The translations under genes were made by a program, and so were the position numbers. Of a stretch of DNA of 64,000 nucleotides, positions 10,316 through 20,616 are shown one piece after another; the stretch's first letter is position 1, and each line of letters opens with the position of its first letter. Source of the DNA: a bacterium (GTDB lineage: Bacteria; Bacillota_I; Bacilli_A; Erysipelotrichales; Erysipelotrichaceae); the NCBI GenBank assembly GCA_963631155.1, contig CAVGPK010000004.1, positions 1,836-65,835 on the forward strand. Direction: 5' to 3'. The notes under the pieces are model-generated. The model saw nothing but the letters and a program-made list of their open reading frames with translations. It was not told the origin of the DNA and did not search any database.

Positions 10316-11263
10316 TCAATTTTGAAAATTAATTTTCTCCTCATCCAACATAGGATAAGAAATGACTTGATTTCCATCTAAATCTTCATGATACATACAC
10401 ACACCACGAATACAATGATCATGATACGTTGTATAGTAATAAATTCCTTCTTTTAAATCGCAACCCGATGAATAAATCGTATACTCATATTTTCCTTTTT
10501 CCACTTCACAAAGCCCTTTTTGTTGCTCAACACTATGTAAAATATGAAAGAAATCATTCAAACTATCCCCAACTGTATTTTCTTTAGTATATACACATTT
10601 CACAAAACGAGACATACTCGAAACATCTCCAGGAAGACCCATGGCACCCATACCACGAGAATAGGTTGATAAAGGAAGATTCTTTGAAAAAGAATTTTCA
10701 GGCTGACTTGTACCAAGATTCATATAATTATTTAAATTAAACATCTGAAATTCAAACGGAGGATTATTCGTTAATACTCCACTTGGATTATCATGCACAT
10801 GCATACCATCCTTCATACATTCCACCACAATACAATTCTTGGCATCCGCAATCATATAATGTAAAGAAGCTACAGGGAATTGATCATTAAAAGGTGTATC
10901 ACATACATTTGTGCTTTCCAACAAAGCTTTTGCTTCTGTTACACTTTCACATTGCGACAATATCCAAGGAATAAATTCAAAAGCACAAACATTCTCTTTA
11001 TTCTCTACCGTTTTTCCAAAATAAGCATTTCCCACAAAATTCAATCCAGCCATGCCTACTCCTTTTTCATTCATCGCATCATAAAATAAAGGATACCCCT
11101 TAAATACATGAGCCATACCCATTAAAGCATATTGATTTTTTACTTTACTATACCGAAACTGATAATCAAAATGACGAGGTGCAATCGCAATTTGCTCTCC
11201 ATACGAGAATTCATAATCTAAATTTCTCCCAAAAAAATGTTTAAAACTCAATGCTGTACACAT
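10316..11263 (-). CDS. bsh: Choloylglycine hydrolase (bile salt hydrolase)
   Basis: N-terminal nucleophile MCTA, FFGRNLDYE, VLTNNP, YSRGMG..GLPGD.SS.SRF. Confidence 0.85.
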   Translation of the reverse strand: MCTALSFKHFFGRNLDYEFSYGEQIAIAPRHFDYQFRYSKVKNQYALMGMAHVFKGYPLFYDAMNEKGVGMAGLNFVGNAYFGKTVENKENVCAFEFIPWILSQCESVTEAKALLESTNVCDTPFNDQFPVASLHYMIADAKNCIVVECMKDGMHVHDNPSGVLTNNPPFEFQMFNLNNYMNLGTSQPENSFSKNLPLSTYSRGMGAMGLPGDVSSMSRFVKCVYTKENTVGDSLNDFFHILHSVEQQKGLCEVEKGKYEYTIYSSGCDLKEGIYYYTTYHDHCIRGVCMYHEDLDGNQVISYPMLDEEKINFQN

Positions 11264-11311
11264 AACCTACCTCCGCACTGTACATTTATCCATATATCGA
11301 TTATAATATAT

Positions 11312-11413
11312 TCGTCATAAGAAATCCCTTATCTTATGATTGACCCTTAGTAGGAAAAATTTAAATTTTTCCTCTCCCAAAAACAATGTCAATTGCCCAG
11401 ACATTGTTTTTTT
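11312..11413 (+). ncRNA. Candidate small RNA (three hairpins, C-rich loops, own terminator)
   Basis: TATAAT at 11302-11307; hairpins TCATAAGA/TCTTATGA, palindrome 11352-11373, and AAAAACAATGTC/GACATTGTTTTT plus T-run; no plus-strand CDS. Confidence 0.3.
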
Positions 11414-11435
11414 ATTTTAAAAAAATCGCAGTCTC

Positions 11436-12050
11436 CTACGATTTCATCCACACACAAGCACTCTTACTATCTTCCATATCTGTTAAGCCAAAATAAAGTG
11501 TATCATTGACCTTTACACCAAAATTCTGTTTAGAAGCTGTCAATAATGTTCCAAACATCTTTCCATCTTTCATTCCTTCTAAACGCACCCAACAAGCCTC
11601 TGGATCTTTTCCTTCTTCTAAAAAATAAACCATCACATCATCAGGATATTCTAGATGTCTTGATGGATCCAACGCTTCAAAAGCCCTCAAATTCTTCATC
11701 GTTTCATCCACCTGTGTTTCCTGAACCAATTTTTCAATCTTGTCCTTAAACATATCCACATTCACATTCTTTAAAATTTCAACATCCAATTCCTGCACAT
11801 CCGATCTTGCGATTTTACAAGAAATAGAATCTGGAACCAAACGATATTCAATCGTATGATGTTTTTTTGTTTCTAAAGCCATAACCTCAAAAATAAAACC
11901 ATGACTATGATCAATATATCCAAATAATAAAGCACCATAAAGACCATCGAGTTTTAATCCCATCTTTTCTAATAACTTCACCACTTTAGGACCATTCATC
12001 TCTAAAAATTGACCCGTCATATCTCTAAAATTTACTTCATATACCTTCAT
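11436..12050 (-). CDS. Hypothetical protein
   Basis: 204-aa ORF with GGTGA RBS and a terminator hairpin overlapping its stop. Confidence 0.75.
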   Translation of the reverse strand: MKVYEVNFRDMTGQFLEMNGPKVVKLLEKMGLKLDGLYGALLFGYIDHSHGFIFEVMALETKKHHTIEYRLVPDSISCKIARSDVQELDVEILKNVNVDMFKDKIEKLVQETQVDETMKNLRAFEALDPSRHLEYPDDVMVYFLEEGKDPEACWVRLEGMKDGKMFGTLLTASKQNFGVKVNDTLYFGLTDMEDSKSACVWMKS

Positions 12051-12117
12051 AAAATCACCATCAACATTCTATCACCAATTCCCTTTTTAGTGCTATACTT
12101 TTAACGAGGTAAAGTTC

Positions 12118-13053
12118 ATGAAAAATAAAAGAAGAAAAATGAAAAAAAGGACAAGAAATCGTTTGATTTTATTATTTGGATGCATATTCATCCTACTTAT
12201 TTTCTTTGGTGTAATTAAAGGAATTTCTTCATTACTCACCCCAAAAGAAGAACAAACAACACAAACCACAACAGCCGAAGGATCTGATATACTAAAGGAA
12301 AATGGCATGAGTCAGGAAGATATTAATACTGTTACATCCTTATCCAATTATCGTCCCGAAAACGCAAAACGATATGCAACCTATACAAAAGTAAAAAATC
12401 TTAAAAAAAGAGTTTTACAAGTCAATTGTGATATGGACCTTGAACCCTACTCTCAAACAACCATTATCACAGATGATAGTGACATGACTTTACTTGTCAA
12501 TAAATTCTATGCACTACCTGAAGGCTATGTTCCTAATGATTTAGTATCCGTAGAAGAATACGCTTGTGTACAAGGAGAGGATTATTCTTGTCAAACGGTT
12601 GATCAAATTGAGCTTCGAAAAGAAGTCTATGATGCCTATGTACAATTCTGCAAAGCTGCACAAAAAGAAAATATCAATATTCGTGCCATTGCCGGCTATC
12701 GAAGCTACGACTATCAAAAAGGCCTATGGGATTATTATGCCAGTACAAACGGTGAAGAATACGCCGACACCTATTACGCCCGTCCAGGACAGAGTGAGCA
12801 TAATTCTGGTTTAAGTGTCGATATCACTTTTAATGGATACAACTTTAATGAAATTGAAAACTACGATGGATATGACTGGATTTTAAAGAATATGCATAAA
12901 TATGGATTTATTTTACGTTATCCTGAAGATAAAGTAGACGTAACTCGCTATGGATATGAATCTTGGCATATTCGCTATGTAGGAAAAGACGCCGCAACAA
13001 CAATTTATAAAAACAATTGGACTTTGGAGGAATATCATGGCTCAAAAAAATAA
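12118..13053 (+). CDS. M15B D,D-/L,D-carboxypeptidase (VanY/LdcB-like), membrane anchored
   Basis: LLVNK, GYRSYDYQ, ARPGQSEHNSGL.VD, YGFILRYP, YESWHIRYVG. Confidence 0.9.
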   Translation: MKNKRRKMKKRTRNRLILLFGCIFILLIFFGVIKGISSLLTPKEEQTTQTTTAEGSDILKENGMSQEDINTVTSLSNYRPENAKRYATYTKVKNLKKRVLQVNCDMDLEPYSQTTIITDDSDMTLLVNKFYALPEGYVPNDLVSVEEYACVQGEDYSCQTVDQIELRKEVYDAYVQFCKAAQKENINIRAIAGYRSYDYQKGLWDYYASTNGEEYADTYYARPGQSEHNSGLSVDITFNGYNFNEIENYDGYDWILKNMHKYGFILRYPEDKVDVTRYGYESWHIRYVGKDAATTIYKNNWTLEEYHGSKK

Positions 13054-14239
13054 AAGAAAAGTAAATATAGGACATATCCTCATTCTCGCAATTAGTATTC
13101 TATGCATTCTATTTTTACTCATTTTTCTTATTAAAACATTATTTTCAAACAAAACAGAAACTGAAACATCAAAGTCATCAACAGAAAGTACAAGTGAAAC
13201 CACAGTTTCCTTTATGGGCGTTGGTGATAACTTAATTCATGATACAGTCTATAATGATGCGCTCCAAAGTGATGGAACCTACGATTTCACAAAAATGTAT
13301 TCCAACTTTAAAGAAGATGCCCAAAACAGTGATATTTCCTTCATCAATCAAGAAACCGTTTTAGGTGGAGAAGAACTTGGACTATCTGGATATCCAACCT
13401 TTAATTCACCAAGTGAGATTGCGAAAAATCTTGAAGATACAGGCTTTAATTTAGTGAATCTTGCGACCAATCATTGCCTGGATAAATCCGAACAAGGAAT
13501 CATCAATGAGCTCAATACATTTAAACAAACCAACATCGTTACAAATGGAGTCTACGACTCTCAAGAAGCCTTTGATACCATTCCAACATTCACTAAAAAA
13601 GGCATCACATTCAGTTTTCTAGCCTACACCTATGGAACCAATGGAATTGAGGCGCCAAACAGCTATAACGTACGCTATTTAGATGATGATCAAATTCAAA
13701 GTGACGTAGCCAAAGCCAAAGAGATGAGTGATGTCGTCATTGTCTCTGCCCATTGGGGAGATGAAAATACATTCGAACCAAACGATTTACAAACACATTA
13801 CGCTCAATTATTTGCGGATTGTGGAGTTGACGTTGTGATTGGTACGCACCCTCACACCATACAACCAGTTGAATGGATTACAGGTAACAGCGGCAATAAA
13901 ATGTTATGCGTTTATTCATTAGGTAATTTTATTGGAGGCATGTTGACGACAGATAATGCGATCGGCGGCGAAATCAAATTTGATTTTGTGAAAAAAGAAG
14001 ATGCCATCTCAATTGAAAATGTCCAATGGATTCCAACCATTATTCATTTTGGAGGCAATCAAGATAACATCTTGGAAGAACGCTATAATTATAAAGCTTA
14101 TAAATATGCTCAATATTCAAATAAATTAGCCAAAAAACATGTTCTTAATGGATATGAAGACAATGTTGTTAGCTTAGATTACATTAAAAATAAAACTGAA
14201 GAAGTAATTGATGCCCAATATTTAAATTGGGATAAATAG
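13037..14239 (+). CDS. CapA-family metallophosphatase
   Basis: GVGDNLIH, NQET, LATNHCLD, HWGDE, GTHPH, YSLGNF. Confidence 0.9.
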   Translation: MAQKNKRKVNIGHILILAISILCILFLLIFLIKTLFSNKTETETSKSSTESTSETTVSFMGVGDNLIHDTVYNDALQSDGTYDFTKMYSNFKEDAQNSDISFINQETVLGGEELGLSGYPTFNSPSEIAKNLEDTGFNLVNLATNHCLDKSEQGIINELNTFKQTNIVTNGVYDSQEAFDTIPTFTKKGITFSFLAYTYGTNGIEAPNSYNVRYLDDDQIQSDVAKAKEMSDVVIVSAHWGDENTFEPNDLQTHYAQLFADCGVDVVIGTHPHTIQPVEWITGNSGNKMLCVYSLGNFIGGMLTTDNAIGGEIKFDFVKKEDAISIENVQWIPTIIHFGGNQDNILEERYNYKAYKYAQYSNKLAKKHVLNGYEDNVVSLDYIKNKTEEVIDAQYLNWDK

Positions 14240-15586
14240 CACATCATTACTGCCGCCACAAATCATACCTAAGGTAGCGCCTTGCGAATTATTTAATTCA
14301 TAATGACGAACACACACATGATTTGTATTTCTCGCATCTAGAATAGCTTGATATTCCACTCTACCCCCACCAATAGTATCGATGACTTGATTCTCTTTCA
14401 CAAGCATCATACTACCAACATTTCTTGGACTTGAACCATGTTTTGAAGTAATAATACATAAGACACCATGATCTTTACTCATTCTTAATTCGTCCGTTAT
14501 ACTTGCTGTATAGCGGGCATTTTTTATTTCAATAATCTGCCCCAGTATACTTACCGCAATTTCAGCAGGTGTTTGTGCCAAAATATCTAAACCAATGGGT
14601 GCATACACACCATCTAATTCTTCTTTTGAATAACCATCTTCTACTAAATCATGAAAAGTTTTATGTACTTTCGATTTCGAACCAATCATACCCAAATACA
14701 AATGAGGACGATGAATACATTTTTCTAAACACAAACGATCATCCTTATGTCCACGCGTAACAATCACATAACATGTATTTTTATCATTGGGTAAAACTGT
14801 TTCCATATTTTTAAATTCAACACAATGCACTTCATTTGCCGTAGGAAAACAATCTTTATTCGCAAACTCTTCTCTAGAATCTACTACAATCGTATAAAAA
14901 TCTAAAATATGTGCCATTTTCGCTACATATTGAGACACATGTCCCGCTCCTAATAACACAAGTTTAGGTTGAGATTCAAACCAAGAAGCTTGAATAAAAT
15001 CTACATCTTTATTTTCTTCAATCAATGTCTTTAAAGCACGCTTATATAAGGTATCCGCTCCATTTACCCTAATCTTCATATTTGGGCACTTATTTAAATA
15101 TACCCTAACAAGCTCTTGAATTACACTTGCACTCACGATTTGTTCTGGATCTAAATCCATCCATTCATATCGATGAATCACATCCTTTACCTTACAATTT
15201 AGCCCTTTTAAATTGGTGATAAAAATAACTTCATCACTCTCTTTATCAATAACCGGTTCATCTTCTTTAGGATACTTTAAAGGAAGCTGTTTTGATCCAT
15301 CCGCCTCGATCAATAGGATATCTACACTCTTTTTTAATGAATCTAAAAGTTCTTGATCAAGTGCACATATTTTCTTTTCATCCGCCTTGTTACCGGCATG
15401 ACAAAATCCATTTTTATTGATTTCATCCATAATTTGGTCAAAACTAGGATCAACTAACGTATATTCTTCTATCTTCATATGAGTTGTTGTCGCAATTAAA
15501 ACCGTTTTATTTTCACGTATATATTTTTCTTTTAACTCTTTAATATAAGATGTTTTTCCACCAGAACCAATTACACTAATGATCAT
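14222..15586 (-). CDS. yqeC: YqeC-XdhC fusion (selenium-dependent Mo-hydroxylase maturation)
   Basis: N-term GSGGKTS, TTTH, EADGSKQLPLK (YqeC); GAGHV, VTRGH, YLGMIGS, APIGL...TPAEIAVSI (XdhC Rossmann); GSSPR...TIGGG...GMICGG (XdhC/CoxI). Confidence 0.85.
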   Translation of the reverse strand: MIISVIGSGGKTSYIKELKEKYIRENKTVLIATTTHMKIEEYTLVDPSFDQIMDEINKNGFCHAGNKADEKKICALDQELLDSLKKSVDILLIEADGSKQLPLKYPKEDEPVIDKESDEVIFITNLKGLNCKVKDVIHRYEWMDLDPEQIVSASVIQELVRVYLNKCPNMKIRVNGADTLYKRALKTLIEENKDVDFIQASWFESQPKLVLLGAGHVSQYVAKMAHILDFYTIVVDSREEFANKDCFPTANEVHCVEFKNMETVLPNDKNTCYVIVTRGHKDDRLCLEKCIHRPHLYLGMIGSKSKVHKTFHDLVEDGYSKEELDGVYAPIGLDILAQTPAEIAVSILGQIIEIKNARYTASITDELRMSKDHGVLCIITSKHGSSPRNVGSMMLVKENQVIDTIGGGRVEYQAILDARNTNHVCVRHYELNNSQGATLGMICGGSNDVLFIPI

Positions 15587-15587
15587 T

Positions 15588-16679
15588 TTATTCACCACAC
15601 AATTCTCTTAAAGCTTGCACAAACAAATCGATTTCTTCTTCCGTATTTAAAAAGGAAAAAGAAGCACGCACCAAACCATCACTTTTTAAATGCACATGCA
15701 TCAAAGGGGCACAATGCATCTTACAACGTGTCACTATACCATATTTATCAAGTAGAAGATCGGCCACCTTCGCATTATCCATACCCTTTATATTAAACGC
15801 AAAAATAGGTGTAGAATTAGACAATGTACTATAGATAACTAAATTATGCATGCCTTCTATTTTCGAATACAATCGTTTCATCAAATTGTATTCTTTCATT
15901 TCAATATCTTTTTGATGCTCCATCACATATTTCACACCCGCATGCAAAGAAGCAATCCCAAGTAGATTCATAGTTCCTGCTTCTAAGTGTTCGGGATAAG
16001 AAGTGGGTTGTTTTTTATTCATAGAATCAAAGCCTGTTCCGCCCACCTTTAAACAAGAAATATCGAATGGTTGCTTTAAACAAATTCCACCGATCCCACT
16101 AACTCCTAACAAGCCTTTATGTCCACTAAAACATAAGACATCTATATTTTCCATACTTACAGAAATATGACCTGCACTCTGTGCAGCATCAACCATCATG
16201 ATTATATTTTTAGATCGTACAAACTTTCCAATCGCATCCACATCATAAATTTCACCCGTCACATTCGAACTATGACTTACAATCACCATACGTGTATTTG
16301 TTAAAATATTTTTCTGAATATCATCTAAGTAAGGAGCACAAATTGTAAGCTGAATTTTACCTTTTTCTTCTAAATCATATAAAGGACGTAACACACTGTT
16401 GTGCTCAGCATACGTAGTAATCACATGATCTCCTTTTTTTAAAATTCCATATATACATGTATTTAAGCTTTCTGTATTGCCACTATTAAAAATCACATGA
16501 CGAAAATCCGACACAGAAAAATAATCGGCAACACTTTGACGAGTTTTATATATGAATCGAGAACTTGATAAATCCATACTGCGATTTGCGTTTCCTGCTA
16601 CATCCATAGCTCGATTCACCGCATCTTTTACGGATTGAATTTTAGGATAACTTGTCGCTGCTTGATCAAGATAAATCAT
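15588..16679 (-). CDS. Class V aminotransferase: cysteine desulfurase / selenocysteine lyase
   Basis: IYLDQAATSYPK, EHNSV, DAAQSAG, FSGHKGL, EAGT, MHCAP. Confidence 0.9.
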   Translation of the reverse strand: MIYLDQAATSYPKIQSVKDAVNRAMDVAGNANRSMDLSSSRFIYKTRQSVADYFSVSDFRHVIFNSGNTESLNTCIYGILKKGDHVITTYAEHNSVLRPLYDLEEKGKIQLTICAPYLDDIQKNILTNTRMVIVSHSSNVTGEIYDVDAIGKFVRSKNIIMMVDAAQSAGHISVSMENIDVLCFSGHKGLLGVSGIGGICLKQPFDISCLKVGGTGFDSMNKKQPTSYPEHLEAGTMNLLGIASLHAGVKYVMEHQKDIEMKEYNLMKRLYSKIEGMHNLVIYSTLSNSTPIFAFNIKGMDNAKVADLLLDKYGIVTRCKMHCAPLMHVHLKSDGLVRASFSFLNTEEEIDLFVQALRELCGE

Positions 16680-17457
16680 GTAAAATCGCCTCCACTACAC
16701 CTCCGGCAATACATCGTGCCTTATCTGAAATCGTAAAGCAATTATTATATTCATCCTTTCTAGGATCAATATCCGCCATTTTAAATCCACAAGTAACAGG
16801 ATATTCATCCCGGATTAATCCTCTTAATAACCCTGACATACTCGCATATACAGGTGTATCATCCACATACGCAATGATTTCTCCTTTTTCAACGATATCT
16901 GTGATTTTCTTTACACTATGACAAATACCAGCGCAAGGAGAATGAATCACTCTTTCTTTAGAATATCCTGCAATATTTCCAGGTATTCCTGTATTCTTAA
17001 TGGCACACCCTTCATAAATCAAGCGACCTAAGCTATGACCTCGCATAGTTTCTACAACCACATCTACATCTTTGCCTGCCTCAAAGCCAGGACCTAAGGC
17101 AATGGTTAATTTAGCCATATCTTTTTTTGTTCCTAAATTTTTTTTAGCCAATATCGCATCCACAAGCACAATCGGTTTTACAAAAGGTATACATTCTCCT
17201 TTAGGATCAACCAACATCGCCACATGTCCTTCATCCATAATTTTTTCACATTCCAAAAGAGAATGGCCTAAGACACATCGCATATCTTCAACTTGTTTAC
17301 TTCCTTCATATACCGCTTCACAAAAAGCTACATTTCTTCGAATCGCACTTGGATTTTCTACTTCTAAAACAAGAACACGAAAGCCACATTTTCTTAATTT
17401 ATAAATCGTGCCTGTCGCAATATCGCCTCCACCACGAACAATTACACACTCTTTCAT
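16666..17457 (-). CDS. yqeB: Selenium-dependent molybdenum hydroxylase system protein YqeB
   Basis: VRGGGDIATG, DAILAKKNLGT, ETMRGH.LGR, ISDKAR.IAGGV.EA. Confidence 0.92.
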   Translation of the reverse strand: MKECVIVRGGGDIATGTIYKLRKCGFRVLVLEVENPSAIRRNVAFCEAVYEGSKQVEDMRCVLGHSLLECEKIMDEGHVAMLVDPKGECIPFVKPIVLVDAILAKKNLGTKKDMAKLTIALGPGFEAGKDVDVVVETMRGHSLGRLIYEGCAIKNTGIPGNIAGYSKERVIHSPCAGICHSVKKITDIVEKGEIIAYVDDTPVYASMSGLLRGLIRDEYPVTCGFKMADIDPRKDEYNNCFTISDKARCIAGGVVEAILHDLS

Positions 17458-17462
17458 AGATT

Positions 17463-18047
17463 TTATGGCTTAATAATTTTAGTCGCCTGCTCTTGCCTTT
17501 CTACAATATCATACATATTCGTAATGCTTCCTACCTTTAATTCTTCTTTTAATCCAAAAAATTCAAGACAAGTTCCACAACTAACAACTTCAACACCTTG
17601 TTCTTCTAAGGCTTGAATATCTTTTAAAATATCCCCTTCTGTCGTCGTTAATTTCACACCCTCATTATAGAAAATCAATGTATCTGGTAATACATCTTGT
17701 TTTGTGAGCGCAAAAACAAAGGCTTTCATCAATATTTTACCTAAATCTGGATTGGATCCCATTTTATCACTTGAAAAAACAACAACCATTTTTCCCGTTG
17801 TACAAGGTGCAATTTCAACAACCGTTTCATCCATCTTTCCGTTCTTTGAAATTTCCACAAAATAGTCATTTCCTTCTTTTCCATTCTTGTTTGTATATCC
17901 TTTCACGCTCGCAAATTTTGTCAAATTTTCAACCGCAACAGCATTATCCACAACTACACAAACGCTTTCTTCTTTTTTTAATTCTTCCTTTGTCTTCACA
18001 ACCGGAAGTGGACATTCTAATCCTCTACAATCTAATTTTTTCATCAC
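17463..18047 (-). CDS. yedF: Sulfurtransferase-like selenium metabolism protein YedF (TusA/SirA + DsrE)
   Basis: LDCRGLECPLPVV, LGKILMKAF, SCGTCL, GSITNMY. Confidence 0.9.
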   Translation of the reverse strand: MMKKLDCRGLECPLPVVKTKEELKKEESVCVVVDNAVAVENLTKFASVKGYTNKNGKEGNDYFVEISKNGKMDETVVEIAPCTTGKMVVVFSSDKMGSNPDLGKILMKAFVFALTKQDVLPDTLIFYNEGVKLTTTEGDILKDIQALEEQGVEVVSCGTCLEFFGLKEELKVGSITNMYDIVERQEQATKIIKP

Positions 18048-19048
18048 ACAACCTCCACACTATATTCATTTTTCTCAATAATTTCACCAATAACATAACA
18101 GTCTAATTCATTTTGGATTTGTTCTACATACTTTTTGGGAACACTTGCCAATAACCCCCCACTTGTTTGTGGATCATATAAGATTTCTTCATCAAAAAAA
18201 GAACAATTCGAAAACTTAATTTTTCCATTTAAGCTATTACGATTGGTCTGTGCCGCTCCGCTTAAATAAAATTCTTCCACATAATAAGGGCAATCTTTGA
18301 AATAAGGGATTTGATTCGCATACAAAATAGCGCTCTTTTTTTGATCGAGCATCTCATCTAAATGAACCAATAATCCAAATCCGGTCACATCAGTTAACGC
18401 ATGGATTTCATATTGATTCAAAGTCTCAAAAGCATACTTATTCAAAGTTGTCATACTTGTAAATACTTCTTCTTGCATATCCTTTGAGCAATCATTTAAA
18501 CGGATTGCGTTCATACAAAGGCCTACACCTAATTTTTTTGTCAAAATCAATACATCTCCAACTTGTGGTTCATTATTTCTTTTGATATGACTAGGATGGA
18601 CTAAACCCGTTATGCTTAAACCATATTTAATGGAATCATCGCGAATGGAATGACCTCCAGCTAAAGCACATTTAGCCTCTAATAACTTTGAATTGCCACC
18701 CTCAATTATTTTTCCTAAAAGATTTAAATCTTCATTTTCTGGAAAACAAACAATGTTTAAAGCCGTTTTGGGAACAGCTCCCATCGCATAAATATCACTT
18801 AAGGCATTAGTTGCCGCAATCTGTCCATATAAATAAGGATCACTGACCATGGGTGGAAAAAAATCCAAAGTAGATACAAAGGCGTAATCTTGATCAATTT
18901 GATACACAGCTGCATCATCTCTTGAGTCAAATCCCACCAACAAATTCTCATCGTTATATGTTTCTATTTTTTCTAAAATATGACTTAGTTTTTTTGCACC
19001 AAGCTTTGCTGAGCATCCTCCACTTTTACAATATATCTTTTCATCCAT
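18044..19048 (-). CDS. selD: Selenide, water dikinase (Cys form, no in-frame UGA)
   Basis: GGCSAKLG, DDAAVY, DFFPP, NALSDIYAMG, GGHS, TDVTGFGL, DPQTSGGLL. Confidence 0.95.
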   Translation of the reverse strand: MDEKIYCKSGGCSAKLGAKKLSHILEKIETYNDENLLVGFDSRDDAAVYQIDQDYAFVSTLDFFPPMVSDPYLYGQIAATNALSDIYAMGAVPKTALNIVCFPENEDLNLLGKIIEGGNSKLLEAKCALAGGHSIRDDSIKYGLSITGLVHPSHIKRNNEPQVGDVLILTKKLGVGLCMNAIRLNDCSKDMQEEVFTSMTTLNKYAFETLNQYEIHALTDVTGFGLLVHLDEMLDQKKSAILYANQIPYFKDCPYYVEEFYLSGAAQTNRNSLNGKIKFSNCSFFDEEILYDPQTSGGLLASVPKKYVEQIQNELDCYVIGEIIEKNEYSVEVV

Positions 19049-19273
19049 CTAAAAGTCCACCTTACATATATCTTCATATTGAATATGATTTTCATCTAAA
19101 TACTGTTTCCATTCATTCAGATTTATATCTTTTGACATAAAACACATTCCACATCCTGCTTTAATAAAACTTGGAACTGGAATGATTCGTCCATTTTGAC
19201 ATTTCGATTCAAGATTTATCGCATCACTCATGGTTTCAAATGTAATAATGATACACTCTTCTTTATTCACCAT
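19049..19273 (-). CDS. DUF3343 putative Se/S carrier
   Basis: ITFET..DA, GRIIPVP..IKAGCG; directly upstream of selD. Confidence 0.8.
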   Translation of the reverse strand: MVNKEECIIITFETMSDAINLESKCQNGRIIPVPSFIKAGCGMCFMSKDINLNEWKQYLDENHIQYEDICKVDF

Positions 19274-19592
19274 AAATTTCCTTAAAGGCCTCATCACAAA
19301 GCTCTTTGGCCTTCGCGCAATAGCGCTCATATTTGTCCACCATATCTTTTCCTTCTGGTGTCAAAATAGAACCTCCTCCATGCGCTCCTCCACTGCTTGT
19401 GTGTACAAGAACCACTCCCAAGTCTTCTTGTGCTTGTTTAATCAGGCGCCAAGCTTTTGAATTGGACATCCCCATTGCCTTATAGGCTTTTGAGAGGGAA
19501 CCGTATTCATCACACAACTTTAAAAGCTGAACACAGCCTTTGCCAAAGTTTGGGTGTTGATTAAATACTCGAATTTTCATGTCATACTGCAT
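19263..19592 (-). CDS. modE: ModE N-terminal-type winged-helix regulator
   Basis: FGKG..QLL, GSLSKA...MGMS.SKAWRLI, GGAHGGGS.LT; no TOBE domains. Confidence 0.8.
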   Translation of the reverse strand: MQYDMKIRVFNQHPNFGKGCVQLLKLCDEYGSLSKAYKAMGMSNSKAWRLIKQAQEDLGVVLVHTSSGGAHGGGSILTPEGKDMVDKYERYCAKAKELCDEAFKEIYGE

Positions 19593-19595
19593 AGT

Positions 19596-20615
19596 CTACC
19601 ATCCTTTGCCGAAACCACAATTTGGATATGTACAAATATCACAATTCAAGCATAAACCTCCTTCGCCTAAGGATGCAAGCTCACTTGCGGTGATTTTATC
19701 TTTTGCGATTAAACGAGGTAGAGCTAAATCAAAAATTGTTCTTTTAGAATACATCACACATCCAGGTAAGCCTACAATAGGAACATCTCCTTTATAGGAA
19801 AGCAAAAACATAGCTCCTGGAAGTACGGGTGATCCATAGCTAATGATATCAGCTTGTGTGTTTTTAATCGCAAGTGGAGTACGATCATCTGGATCTACAC
19901 TCATTCCTCCAGTACATAAAACAATATCAACCCCTAAATTTAGAGCTTCATTAATTTTTTGTGTAACCATCTTGTCATCGTCATCACAAATTTCATGATA
20001 AACCATCTTACATCCATATTCTTTTAATTTTTCTTCAATAACAGGTGTGAAAGTATCTTGAATTCTTCCTTTATACACTTCACTTCCTGTAGTGATGATA
20101 GCGGCTTTCTTTAATACAAAAGGTTTAATTTCTAGAATGGGTTTATGAATCAAACTTTTTACCTTTTCCATCTTTTCTTTTTCAATCACTAATGGAATAA
20201 TTCGCATTCCTGCAAGCTTATCGCCTTTATGAACCACGGTATTTCCATGTCTTGTCGCAATCATCATTTGTCCAAAGGAATTTACTGTATAAAGGGCTTG
20301 TGTGTTAATTTTTAAGAGTCCATCGATTGTACTTTGAAGTTCAATTTTTCCTTCAGATATATTTCCGTGTTCCATATATTCATTTTGACACATGGATAAT
20401 AAAACCATAGCAGCATCATTTTCATGCATCATGGTTTCATCATTTTCCCAAATATATAAATTTTCTTTTCCTATCGATAATAAAAGTGGAATGTCTTCTT
20501 TAGTCACAATGTGTCCCTTTTTAAAAAGAGCGCCTTTTGTGACGCCCTTAATAATTTGGGTGACATCATGACAAAGAACATGTCCTACGGCATCTTCAGT
20601 CTTGACTAATTTCAT
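19596..20615 (-). CDS. MoeA-like molybdopterin-binding protein with C-terminal Cys cluster
   Basis: LCHDVTQI, TGSEVY.GRI.D.F, TGGMSVDPDD.TP, GLPGCVMY, C..C..C.YPNC.FGK. Confidence 0.85.
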   Translation of the reverse strand: MKLVKTEDAVGHVLCHDVTQIIKGVTKGALFKKGHIVTKEDIPLLLSIGKENLYIWENDETMMHENDAAMVLLSMCQNEYMEHGNISEGKIELQSTIDGLLKINTQALYTVNSFGQMMIATRHGNTVVHKGDKLAGMRIIPLVIEKEKMEKVKSLIHKPILEIKPFVLKKAAIITTGSEVYKGRIQDTFTPVIEEKLKEYGCKMVYHEICDDDDKMVTQKINEALNLGVDIVLCTGGMSVDPDDRTPLAIKNTQADIISYGSPVLPGAMFLLSYKGDVPIVGLPGCVMYSKRTIFDLALPRLIAKDKITASELASLGEGGLCLNCDICTYPNCGFGKGW

Positions 20616-20616
20616 A

